A stretch of 63,474 nucleotides of DNA, counting the filler. It is 5 parts of 5 records of this genome, joined end to end, with 100 filler letters (N's around TTAATTAATTAA, not from the genome) between each part and the next. Parts side by side here need not be neighbours in the genome. Positions count along the whole stretch, not along the records: positions 39,319 to 48,041 come from DRR723986_8760; positions 48,142 to 55,248 come from DRR723986_8765; 3 more parts are not named here. One strand, given 5' to 3'. How positions within the stretch are numbered: position 1 is the stretch's first letter; each line of letters begins with the position of its first letter. The translations under genes were made by a program, and so were the position numbers. A model generated the notes under the pieces. It was given only the letters and a program-made list of their open reading frames with translations, was not told the origin of the DNA and ran no database searches. Shown piece after piece: positions 40,540-49,651 of the stretch.

Positions 40540-43500
40540 ATGGCAACGATCCTTCTCTCTGCTGCTGGCGCGGCGCTTGGCGGTCTCAGTTCGGGCACGT
40601 TTCTGGGCCTGACCGGTGCCGTGATCGGGCGCGCTGTGGGGGCTACTGTGGGCCGGGTCATCGACCAGCGGCTTTTGGGTGCCGGGTCCGAGGTGATCGA
40701 ACAGGGGCGGCTGGACCGATTCCGTTTGACCGGGGCGTCCGAAGGGGCGGCGGTTGCGCGGCTTTTCGGGCAGATGCGTCTTGGCGGGCAGGTGATCTGG
40801 GCGACCCGGTTCAAGGAACATGTGACGGTGACCGGCGGCGGCAAGGGCGCGCCTCCAACACCGAAGACCGCCAGTTATTCTTACACCGTCAGCCTGGCCG
40901 TGGCCTTGTGTGAAGGCGAGATTTCGCGTGTTGGGCGGGTCTGGGCCGATGGCTCGGAACTGGCGCGGACGGATCTGACGATGCGCGTCTATCGTGGCAC
41001 GGGTGATCAGATGCCCGACCCGAAGATGGAGGCCGTGGAAGGTGCGGGGCAGGTGCCGGCCTATCGCGGTATTGCTTATGTGGTAATCGAGGATCTGGAT
41101 CTGTCCCCCTATGGCAACCGCCTGCCTCAGTTGAGCTTCGAGGTGTTCCGCCCGGCGCGGCCAGAGCTTTTGGACAGCCCGCCTCAACCGTCAGAGGCGA
41201 TCCGCGCGGTGGCGATGATGCCGGGAACGGGGGAATATGCGCTGGCGACAACCGCGGTCAGTCTGGCGCAGGGCTTTGGCCGCTCGGAGAGCGCCAATGT
41301 GAACACGGCTGCGGGGGTTGCGGATTTTGCGGTTTCACTGGACGCATTGGAGGGGGAATTGCCCAATTGCGGTGCGGTGTCGCTGATTGTCAGTTGGTTT
41401 GGCGACGATCTGCGGGCGGGTCAATGCAGCGTCAAGCCCAAGGTCGAACAGCAAGAGGCAGATGGCGGCAACATGCCCTGGACCGTTGCGGGGCTGACGC
41501 GGGGCAGTGCTGACTTGCTGGCCCAGGTGGAGGGCCGCGCGATCTATGGCGGCACGCCGACGGATCAATCGGTTATCGAAGCCATCGAGGCGCTGAACGA
41601 AGCCGGGCAGGAGGTGATGTTCTATCCCTTCCTGCTGATGGAAATCCTTGCGGATAGCGGCAAGCCCGACCCTTGGTCACTGACCGGCGACCAGCCAGCG
41701 CTGCCCTGGCGCGGGCGGATCACCGGCGAGAAGGCACCGGGGATTTCGGGCACGCCCGACAGGACCGCCGCCGCCGAAGCGCAGGTCGCGGATTTCTTCG
41801 GCTCCGCAAGCGCGACGGATTTCAGTGTCTCAGCCGGAACTGTCAGCTATTCGGGTCCGGCAGAATGGAGCTATCGCCGCTTTATCCTGCACAACGCGGC
41901 GCTTTGCGCGGCGGCGGGCGGGGTAGAGAGTTTTTGCATTGGTTCAGAGATGCGCAGCCTGACCCAGTTGCGCGGGGCGACTGGGTTCCCCGCGGTTGAT
42001 CAACTGATTGCGCTTGCTGCCGAAGTGCGGGCGTTGTTGCCGGACGCAAAGCTGTCTTATGCGGCGGATTGGTCGGAGTATTTCGGCTATCACCCGCAGG
42101 ATGGGTCGGGGGACGTCTATTTCCACCTCGATCCGCTTTGGGCGGATGCCAATATCGACTTCATCGGCATCGACAATTACATGCCGCTGTCCGATTGGCG
42201 CGACGGGCGGGATCACGCCGATATCGGTTGGCGCTCGATCTATGAGCTGGATTATCTGCACGCCAATATCGAAGGCGGCGAGGGTTATAACTGGTACTAC
42301 CCGAGTGCCGAGTCGAGGGCGGCTCAGAACCGTCAGCCGATTACCGATGGGGCGACCGGGTGGCGATTGACCGAGCCATTGCAGACAGCGTCTGCCGGAA
42401 ATCTGGGAAGCTTTGCGGCATCGCTGGCAATACGCAAAAGCGTGGCCGTGTTTTCCGCGCGCGTGCGTCTGCCGCAATCTCCGACGGATGCAACCTTGTG
42501 GGAGCAGGGAAGCGCCACCTGGGGGGCGTGGCTCGGGGTGCGCGACGGCGGCACGGTCCTGCGTCTGCGGGCCGGTGATGGCGGCGTGAAAACCGCGTCG
42601 GATCAGTATAGCGCCGTGCTGGATGTCAGCACCTCCGAGTTGCCATTTGACGGACACGTACACGAGCTGATCTGGAAGTTTCTGCCGGACCAGCCGGGCA
42701 CGGTCATGCTTTGGGTGGATGGCAAGCTGATAGGGACAGCAACCACGGCGACTGGCAATCAATTGCTGTACCAGGGGTGGGGCGGCGGTAACGAAGGGCG
42801 CTTTTTGTTTGGTTACTCGTCCATCGTGCAGGGAGAACCAGTTGCGGATTGGCCGGAAGCGTCGGTCGGAGACATCTCGTATCACGCTGATATCATTGAG
42901 GTGCCAGCACAGGCGCAGAGCTTCGTTTATCGCTACAAGGATCTGCGCGGATGGTGGCAGAACCCGCATTTCGATCGCAGGAATGGAACCCCGCTTGCCA
43001 CGGGAAGTGTTTGGGTTCCGAAGTCAAAACCATTCCGCTTCACCGAGATGGGCTGTGCCGCGGTGGACAAGGGCACCAACCAGCCCAACAAGTTCCTCGA
43101 TCCGAAATCCTCGGAATCGGGCATTCCCTACAATTCCAACGGGCGGCGCGATGACCTGATCCAGATGCAGTACCTGCGCGCGATGACCAGCTATTGGCTC
43201 GACCCCGCACATAACCCGGTGTCCGAGGTATATGCGGGACCGATGCTGGATATGGATCATGCCTATGTCTGGGCCTGGGATGCGCGGCCCTGGCCTGCCT
43301 TTCCCAATGCGCTGGATGTCTGGTCAGACGGAGAAAACCACGCGCGCGGGCACTGGATCTCGGGCCGCATGGGGGCGGAACCTTTGGCCGATGTGGTGGC
43401 TGAGATCTGCGAAGAGGCGGGGATCACCGACTATGACGTGTCCCGGCTTTACGGCTTTGTGCGCGGGGCCATGTCCTCGGATGTGGAAAGCGGGCGGGCG

Positions 43501-44997
43501 CGCTTGCAGCCCTTGATGTTGGCCTATGGGTTCGAAGCGGTGGAACGCGACGGCAAGCTGGTTTTCCGGTCGCGCAGCGGGTTGCCGGATGCAGTGGTGG
43601 CCGAGGAGGGGATGGCCGTGGATGAGGATGGCGCGTCGGCACCCCTGCGGACCCGTGCGCCGGAGGCGGACAAGGTGGGGCGGGTGCGCCTGACCCATGT
43701 GGAGGCGGCTGGTCAGTTCGAGGCGCGCGCGGCCGAGGCGGTGTTCCCCGATGACGGGGCCGATACGATCTCTCAGAGCGAGTTGCCGCTGGTGCTGACC
43801 GGGGCCGAGGGACGTGGCATCACCGAACGCTGGCTGGCCGAGGCGCGCGTGGCGCGCGATGCGATCAGCTTTGCGCTGCCGCCGTCGAGACGGGATCTGG
43901 GGGCGGGGTCGGTCTTCGAGATGGAAGACGGCTCTACCTGGCGGATCGACAAGCTAGAGGATGCGGGCGCGCGCAAGGTGGAGGCCGTGCGGTCGGAGGC
44001 GGAGATATACGAGCCATCGGACACGGTTGAAGAGGCGGTGAGCGCCGAGCCTTTCGTCCCGCCCTTGCCGGTCAGCCCGGTGTTCATGGACCTGCCGCTG
44101 CTGACCGGGGACGAGGTGGAACACGCCCCCCATCTGGCCGTCGCGGCAGAGCCGTGGCCCGGATCGGTGGCGGTCTACAGTTCGACCTCTGACAGCGGCT
44201 ATGCGCTGAACACGCTGGTCGATGTGGTGTCTGCCGTGGGCGTACTGGAAACGCCGCTGTTCCGCGCCACGTCAGGGCTGTGGGACCGTGGACCCGTCAT
44301 GCGTGTCAGGATGAGCACCGGCAGTCTCAGTTCCGCCAGCATGGAGGACGTTCTGAACGGCGCAAACGCCGCCGCCGTGGGCGATGGCAGCGGGGCCAAC
44401 TGGGAGGTGATCCAGTTCGCCAATGCCACGCTGGTGGGCGAGGATCTGTGGGACATCAGCCTGCGATTGCGCGGGCAGGCGGGATCGGACGGGATCATGC
44501 CCGATGACTGGCCCATTGGGTCGCTTTTCGTGTTGCTGGACGGACGGCCGGGGCAGATTGACCTGCCGCTGTCGGCGCGCGGGCTGGAACGGCATTACCG
44601 GGTCGGGCCTGCGGGGAAATCCTTTGATCACCCGGTCTATGCCCATGAGGCGATTGCCTTCGACGGGGTTGGCCTCCGCCCCTATGCCCCGGCGCATTTG
44701 CGCGCGCCCAAACTCGGGACCGACCATCAAATCAGCTGGATCCGCCGCACCCGGATCGACGGCGACAGCTGGCAAGGCACCGAGGTGCCGCTGGGCGAGG
44801 ACAGCGAGGCCTATCTTCTGCGCATCCGCGATGCGGGCGGGCTGAAACGAGAGGTGGAGCTGAGCACGCCTGCCTTCACCTATAGCGATGCCATGCAGGT
44901 TTCTGACGCCGTCACCCTGCCATACACGATTGAAATCGCGCAAGTTTCTGCGCGGTTCGGATACGGGCCCTTTGCAAGGATCGAGATCAATGACTGA
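40540..44997 (+). CDS. GTA baseplate multidomain protein g15 (megatron), 1485 aa, with an internal insertion
   Basis: MATILLSAAGAA, AYRGIAY, YGGTPTD, YAADWSEYFG, GIDNYMPLSDWRDG, DKGTNQPN and WIRRTR motifs; AAAGGAA RBS. Confidence 0.93.
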   Translation: MATILLSAAGAALGGLSSGTFLGLTGAVIGRAVGATVGRVIDQRLLGAGSEVIEQGRLDRFRLTGASEGAAVARLFGQMRLGGQVIWATRFKEHVTVTGGGKGAPPTPKTASYSYTVSLAVALCEGEISRVGRVWADGSELARTDLTMRVYRGTGDQMPDPKMEAVEGAGQVPAYRGIAYVVIEDLDLSPYGNRLPQLSFEVFRPARPELLDSPPQPSEAIRAVAMMPGTGEYALATTAVSLAQGFGRSESANVNTAAGVADFAVSLDALEGELPNCGAVSLIVSWFGDDLRAGQCSVKPKVEQQEADGGNMPWTVAGLTRGSADLLAQVEGRAIYGGTPTDQSVIEAIEALNEAGQEVMFYPFLLMEILADSGKPDPWSLTGDQPALPWRGRITGEKAPGISGTPDRTAAAEAQVADFFGSASATDFSVSAGTVSYSGPAEWSYRRFILHNAALCAAAGGVESFCIGSEMRSLTQLRGATGFPAVDQLIALAAEVRALLPDAKLSYAADWSEYFGYHPQDGSGDVYFHLDPLWADANIDFIGIDNYMPLSDWRDGRDHADIGWRSIYELDYLHANIEGGEGYNWYYPSAESRAAQNRQPITDGATGWRLTEPLQTASAGNLGSFAASLAIRKSVAVFSARVRLPQSPTDATLWEQGSATWGAWLGVRDGGTVLRLRAGDGGVKTASDQYSAVLDVSTSELPFDGHVHELIWKFLPDQPGTVMLWVDGKLIGTATTATGNQLLYQGWGGGNEGRFLFGYSSIVQGEPVADWPEASVGDISYHADIIEVPAQAQSFVYRYKDLRGWWQNPHFDRRNGTPLATGSVWVPKSKPFRFTEMGCAAVDKGTNQPNKFLDPKSSESGIPYNSNGRRDDLIQMQYLRAMTSYWLDPAHNPVSEVYAGPMLDMDHAYVWAWDARPWPAFPNALDVWSDGENHARGHWISGRMGAEPLADVVAEICEEAGITDYDVSRLYGFVRGAMSSDVESGRARLQPLMLAYGFEAVERDGKLVFRSRSGLPDAVVAEEGMAVDEDGASAPLRTRAPEADKVGRVRLTHVEAAGQFEARAAEAVFPDDGADTISQSELPLVLTGAEGRGITERWLAEARVARDAISFALPPSRRDLGAGSVFEMEDGSTWRIDKLEDAGARKVEAVRSEAEIYEPSDTVEEAVSAEPFVPPLPVSPVFMDLPLLTGDEVEHAPHLAVAAEPWPGSVAVYSSTSDSGYALNTLVDVVSAVGVLETPLFRATSGLWDRGPVMRVRMSTGSLSSASMEDVLNGANAAAVGDGSGANWEVIQFANATLVGEDLWDISLRLRGQAGSDGIMPDDWPIGSLFVLLDGRPGQIDLPLSARGLERHYRVGPAGKSFDHPVYAHEAIAFDGVGLRPYAPAHLRAPKLGTDHQISWIRRTRIDGDSWQGTEVPLGEDSEAYLLRIRDAGGLKREVELSTPAFTYSDAMQVSDAVTLPYTIEIAQVSARFGYGPFARIEIND

Positions 44998-45700
44998 CAC
45001 GACCAACCTGACCCTGCCGCTGCTGGCCGCGAGCCAGGCACAGAAACATGTGACCGTGAACGAGGCGCTGACGCGATTGGACGGCGTGGTGCAATTGCGC
45101 CTGCGGTCGCGCAGTCTGACCACCCCGCCGGGTGCGGTGCTGGAGGGCGAATGCTTTGGTGTGCCGCCCGGCGCGGTGAATGACTGGGCGGGCCATGAGG
45201 GCGAGGTGGCACAGTTCGCAGGCGGCGGCTGGGCCTTCTTTTCCCCTCAACGCGGCTGGCGCGCCTTCGTGGAAGACGCGGGCAGCTGTGATCTGCATGA
45301 TGGCAGCAACTGGCGCGCGGGCGGGTTGAGCCTGTCGCCCGGCGGTGGGGGAATCGCGGCGCGCAGCACAGAGGCCGATGTGGTGATCGGTGCTGGGGCA
45401 ACCGTCGCCTCCGGCCTTGTTTTTCCGGCGCGATCCATCGTTTTGGGCGTCACGGGCCGGGTGACGGATGCCATCACCGGGGCGCTGACCGATTGGCGAC
45501 TGGGCGATGCAACAGCGGATGACCGCTATGGCAACGGGCTGGGCACGGCGCTGAATTCCTGGGTCAGTGGCCCCGCAAACCCCTTTGTCGTCTGGGCCGA
45601 TACCGAATTGACCCTGACCGGCAATGGCGGTGATTTCGCAGGAGGAACCGTGAAACTGGTGGCGCATTACCTGAGTTTCGCCATCCCCGACGCGGTATAA
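44990..45700 (+). CDS. DUF2793 protein (putative GTA tail fibre/attachment protein)
   Basis: NLTLPLLAASQAQKHVTVNEAL..LD...W.G....A......W.F..P..GW; overlaps the g15 stop. Confidence 0.85.
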   Translation: MTDTTNLTLPLLAASQAQKHVTVNEALTRLDGVVQLRLRSRSLTTPPGAVLEGECFGVPPGAVNDWAGHEGEVAQFAGGGWAFFSPQRGWRAFVEDAGSCDLHDGSNWRAGGLSLSPGGGGIAARSTEADVVIGAGATVASGLVFPARSIVLGVTGRVTDAITGALTDWRLGDATADDRYGNGLGTALNSWVSGPANPFVVWADTELTLTGNGGDFAGGTVKLVAHYLSFAIPDAV

Positions 45701-45790
45701 CAAATCGTGATCCGAGCGATCAGGGGTTTCACCTTGGACGAGAGGGGCTATCTGCGGTAGAAAGGGGAACGTGACCGCAGGAGGCCTCTC

Positions 45791-46609
45791 ATGGCAAAGA
45801 CCCGCACCCATCTGGCCGAGCTTGACCCGGTCTGGAGCCGTATCACCCGCGAAGCCGAAGAGGCTGTGCGCGACGAACCGTTGCTGGGCGGGCTTGTGCA
45901 TGGCTGTATCCTGCACCACGCCACGCTGGAGGCGGCGCTGGCCTATCGCATGGCGCAGAAGCTGGCCTCTGGCGAGATGTCAGAGCAGCTTATCCGCGAG
46001 ATAGCGGATGAGGCGTACCGGTCGGACAGCACTTTGGGAAGGGCGGCGCGCGCGGATATCGTGGCGGTCTTCGATCGTGACCCGGCCTGCCATCGGTTCA
46101 TCCAGCCGTTGCTGTTCTTCAAGGGATTTCAAGCGGTTCAGGCCTATCGTGTCGGCCATTGGCTGTGGCAACAGGGCCGCCGCGATCTGGCCTACATGAT
46201 CCAGATGCGGATCAGCGAGATGTTTGGCGTCGACATTCACCCCGCTGCCCGGATCGGCAAGGGCATCATGATCGACCACGCCCATTCCATCGTTATCGGC
46301 GAAACCGCCGTTGTGGGCGACAATGTCTCGATGCTGCATTCGGTGACGCTTGGCGGGACCGGCAAGGAAGAAGAAGATCGTCATCCGAAGATTGGCGACG
46401 GCGTTCTGATCGGAGCCGGGGCGCATGTTCTGGGCAATATCAAGGTGGGCAATTGCAGCCGCGTGGCTGCTGGCTCGGTAGTGCTGGCCGAAGTCCCACC
46501 CTGTACGACAGTGGCCGGCGTGCCTGCGAAGATCGTGGGGGAGGCCGGATGCGATCAGCCGTCCCTGTCGATGGACCAGATGGTTCAGGGCTGCGGCGGC
46601 AAGGGCTGA
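45791..46609 (+). CDS. cysE: Serine O-acetyltransferase
   Basis: DRDPA, FKGFQA, DIHPAA, hexapeptide repeats and DRHPKIG. Confidence 0.96.
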   Translation: MAKTRTHLAELDPVWSRITREAEEAVRDEPLLGGLVHGCILHHATLEAALAYRMAQKLASGEMSEQLIREIADEAYRSDSTLGRAARADIVAVFDRDPACHRFIQPLLFFKGFQAVQAYRVGHWLWQQGRRDLAYMIQMRISEMFGVDIHPAARIGKGIMIDHAHSIVIGETAVVGDNVSMLHSVTLGGTGKEEEDRHPKIGDGVLIGAGAHVLGNIKVGNCSRVAAGSVVLAEVPPCTTVAGVPAKIVGEAGCDQPSLSMDQMVQGCGGKG

Positions 46610-46634
46610 GCCCTGGATACAGAGTTTTTGGAAT

Positions 46635-46663
46635 GCCCGCGCCCGAAAGGACGCGGGCTTTTT
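46635..46663 (+). terminator. Intrinsic terminator after cysE
   Basis: GCCCGCG-CCCGAAAGGA-CGCGGGC followed by T5. Confidence 0.85.
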
Positions 46664-46681
46664 CTGTTTGCCCATTCTTTT

Positions 46682-46813
46682 AAAAAAAACGCCCGTGAAA
46701 CCAAAGGTTTCACGGGCAGTCCAACAGGGAGGGAGGGAAAAGGGAGAAGAAGAAAGGTCTTGGTCAGGGAGGCGAAAAAATCCTTTGGGGCTTGAGTGTC
46801 TGGTCATTCGATA
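46682..46813 (-). ncRNA. Putative trans-acting small RNA (~130 nt) with CCUCCC anti-SD motifs
   Basis: Minus strand has a TTGACT-N17-TACACA promoter, a C/U-rich body ending CCCTCCCTCCCTGTTGGACT, and a perfect 12-bp stem GCCCGTGAAACC/GGTTTCACGGGC followed by T8. Confidence 0.7.
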
Positions 46814-46819
46814 GATATA

Positions 46820-46848
46820 TGTGTAATAAATACACAAACATAAGTCAA
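46820..46848 (-). promoter_or_regulatory. Promoter of the putative sRNA with an overlapping palindromic operator
   Basis: -35 TTGACT at 46843-46848; palindrome TGTGTA-N5-TACACA at 46820-46836. Confidence 0.55.
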
Positions 46849-46943
46849 CAGGTAAATTGCAGCTTTTTTCACAGTCTCCTGAATTGTCCTGCATCGCGTT
46901 CCCGCCTAGGTTGTTCCTGAGGGAACTTCTGGGAGGATAGATC

Positions 46944-48011
46944 ATGACACGGCAGACCGAGGGGCGCGGGCGCCTTTATGACAGCATTCTCGACACCGTC
47001 GGCGACACGCCCTGCATCCGCATCAACCGGCTCGCGCCGGACGGGGTGGAGCTTTACGTCAAGGCCGAGGCGTTCAACCCCGGCGGATCGGTCAAGGACC
47101 GGCTGGCGCTGAACATCATCGAGGCGGCAGAAGCCTCCGGTGCGTTGAAACCCGGTCAAACGGTGGTCGAGGCAACGTCCGGCAATACCGGCATCGGGCT
47201 GGCCATGGTCTGTGCCGCCAAGGGCTATCCGCTGGTCATCACCATGGTCGAAACCTTCTCGGTCGAACGCCGCCGCCTGATGCGGTTTCTGGGGGCCAGG
47301 GTGGTGCTGACACCCAAGGAACAAAAGGGTTTCGGCATGTATCAGAAGGCCAAGGAACTGGCCGAAGCCAATGGCTGGTTCTTCGCCCGCCAGTTTGAAA
47401 CCGAGGCCAATGCCGATATCCACGAGGCCACCACCGCGCGCGAGATCATGGCCGATTTCGGCGGCACCGGGCCTGATTATTTCGTGACCGGCTATGGCAC
47501 CGGCGGCACGGTAACCGGCGTCGCGCGGCTGCTGCGCCGCGACAGCCCGCACACGAAGATCATCCTGACCGAACCTGCCAACGCGGCGCTGTTGGGCAGC
47601 GGCCACGCGCAGGCGCGCACGGCGGAAGGCGAGCCCGCCGAAAGTCACCCTGCCTTCAACCCGCACCCGATTCAGGGCTGGACGCCGGATTTCATCCCGC
47701 TCGTGTTGCAAGAGGCGCTGGATTCCCATGGATATGACGAACTGATCCCCGTCACCGGTCCCGACGGTATCGCCGCATCCAGGGCGCTTGCATCGCGAGA
47801 GGGCATCTTTACCGGCATCTCCGGAGGTTCCAGCTTTGCCGTCGCGCTTGAGGTTGCGAAATCCGCGCCCAAGGGCTCTCGCATCCTGTGCATGTTGCCC
47901 GATACCGGTGAACGCTATCTCTCCACCCCGCTTTTCGAGGGCGTGGAAAGCGAGATGACGGAAGAGGAACTGTCCCTCATGCGCTCCACCCCCGGCTATC
48001 AGATGGGCTAA
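46944..48011 (+). CDS. cysK: Cysteine synthase (OASS)
   Basis: NPGGSVKDR, EATSGNTG, GTGGT and PDTGERYLST motifs; GGAGG RBS. Confidence 0.92.
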   Translation: MTRQTEGRGRLYDSILDTVGDTPCIRINRLAPDGVELYVKAEAFNPGGSVKDRLALNIIEAAEASGALKPGQTVVEATSGNTGIGLAMVCAAKGYPLVITMVETFSVERRRLMRFLGARVVLTPKEQKGFGMYQKAKELAEANGWFFARQFETEANADIHEATTAREIMADFGGTGPDYFVTGYGTGGTVTGVARLLRRDSPHTKIILTEPANAALLGSGHAQARTAEGEPAESHPAFNPHPIQGWTPDFIPLVLQEALDSHGYDELIPVTGPDGIAASRALASREGIFTGISGGSSFAVALEVAKSAPKGSRILCMLPDTGERYLSTPLFEGVESEMTEEELSLMRSTPGYQMG

Positions 48012-48041
48012 GCCTTTCATCTTGGTGAAAATACCTCGGGG

Positions 48042-48141
48042 NNNNNNNNNNNNNNNNNNNNNNNNNNNNNNNNNNNNNNNNNNNNTTAATTAATTAANNN
48101 NNNNNNNNNNNNNNNNNNNNNNNNNNNNNNNNNNNNNNNNN
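48042..48141. other. Artificial contig linker
   Basis: N44-TTAATTAATTAA-N44. Confidence 0.99.
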
Positions 48142-49434
48142 GCCCATCACCGCGATCTCTGCCGTGGGCCACGCATAGTTGAAATCGCCGCGCAGGTGCT
48201 TCGATGCCATCACGTCATAGGCGCCACCATAGGCCTTGCGGGTGATCACCGTCACTTTCGGCACCGTCGCTTCGCCATAGGCAAAGAGCAGCTTTGCACC
48301 ATGCTTGATGACGCCGCCATATTCCTGGCTGGTGCCGGGCAGGAAACCGGGCACGTCAACCAGCGTCAGGATCGGAATTTCGAACGCATCGCAGAAGCGC
48401 ACGAACCGCGCCGCCTTGCGCGAACTGTCGATATCCAGGCAGCCCGCCAGCACCATCGGCTGGTTCGCCACCACGCCCACGGTTGACCCTTCCAGCCGGA
48501 TGAACCCGGTCAGGATGTTCTTGGCATAATCTTCCTGGATCTCGTAGAAATCGCCCTCATCCGCCAGTTTATAGATCAGCTCCTTCATGTCATAGGGGCT
48601 GTTGGGATTGTCTGGGATCAGGGTATCGAGGCTGTCCTCCACCCGCGCCACATCGTCGAAGAAGGGGCGCACCGGGGGCTTTTCGCGGTTGTTCAGCGGC
48701 AGGAAATCGACCAGACGGCGGACCTCGGCCATTGCCTCCACATCGTTTTCAAACGCGCCATCAGCAACCGAGGATTTCTTGGTGTGGGTGGACGCGCCCC
48801 CCAGTTCCTCGGCCGTCACGACCTCGTTCGTCACGGTCTTCACCACGTCGGGGCCGGTCACGAACATGTAAGAGCTGTCCTTCACCATGAAGATGAAGTC
48901 GGTCATGGCCGGGGAATAGACCGCACCGCCCGCGCAGGGGCCCATGATGACGCTGATCTGCGGCACCACGCCAGAGGCCATGATGTTGCGCTGGAACACT
49001 TCGGCATAGCCCGCCAGACTGTCCACGCCTTCCTGAATGCGCGCACCACCGGAATCGTTGATACCAATCACTGGCGCGCCGTTTTGCATCGCCATGTCCA
49101 TGATCTTGCAGATCTTTTGCGCGTGCGTGGCCGAGAGCGAGCCGCCAAACACGGTGAAATCCTGGCTGAATACATAGACCATGCGGCCATTGACAGTGCC
49201 CCAACCCGTCACCACGCCATCGCCGCGCGGCTTGGATTTTTCCATGCCGAAATCGGTGCAGCGATGCGTCTTGAACATGTCGAATTCTTCGAAGGAATCC
49301 TCGTCCAGCAGCAACTCGATCCGTTCACGGGCCGTCAGCTTGCCTTTCGCGTGCTGGCTGTCGATGCGTTTCTGGCCACCGCCCAAACGGGCCTCGGCCC
49401 GGAGTTGGTCCAGTTCCTGCAGGATATCTTTCAT
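48142..49434 (-). CDS. pccB: Propionyl-CoA carboxylase beta subunit (3' truncated)
   Basis: [31 protein letters not shown] and DVPGFLPG motifs; near pccR. Confidence 0.93.
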
Positions 49435-49530
49435 GGGGTCCCCTTCCTCCCGTATCGGCGCGGGAGCGACCCGTCCGGTTGTGCGAATTCGGGGGCACCC
49501 TAGCGAGTCGCCGGCATTAATCCAGCGAAA

Positions 49531-49587
49531 TTGCGAATATTTGCAAACCAGATGGATTTGCTAAATTTGCATTTGCTAATATGCAAA
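49531..49587. promoter_or_regulatory. PccR operator array upstream of pccB
   Basis: TTGCGAA, TTTGCAAA (49540-47), TTTGCTAA twice and TATGCAAA. These match the TTTGCAAA repeat motif recalled for Rhodobacter PccR. Confidence 0.75.
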
Positions 49588-49651
49588 TTGACGGGAGTGT
49601 TGTGCGAGATCGCACATGGACAAGTCGATACTTGCGGCGTTAAGTGAACCG

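Larger units (their letters stand above)
39319..45700 (+). mobile_element. Gene transfer agent (RcGTA-like) tail/baseplate module, 3' end of the head-tail cluster
   Basis: Gene order g13-g14-g15-DUF2793 followed by cysE, the usual GTA neighbour in Rhodobacterales. No integrase is present. Confidence 0.88.

Noticed and set aside
39319-45700. Interpretation as an active prophage
   Set aside because: Gene content and the cysE neighbour match the domesticated RcGTA-like cluster. No integrase, att site or replication genes are seen.
45980-46945. 321-aa minus-strand ORF spanning the putative sRNA
   Set aside because: It runs through a strong terminator and is antisense to cysE, with no protein-like features.
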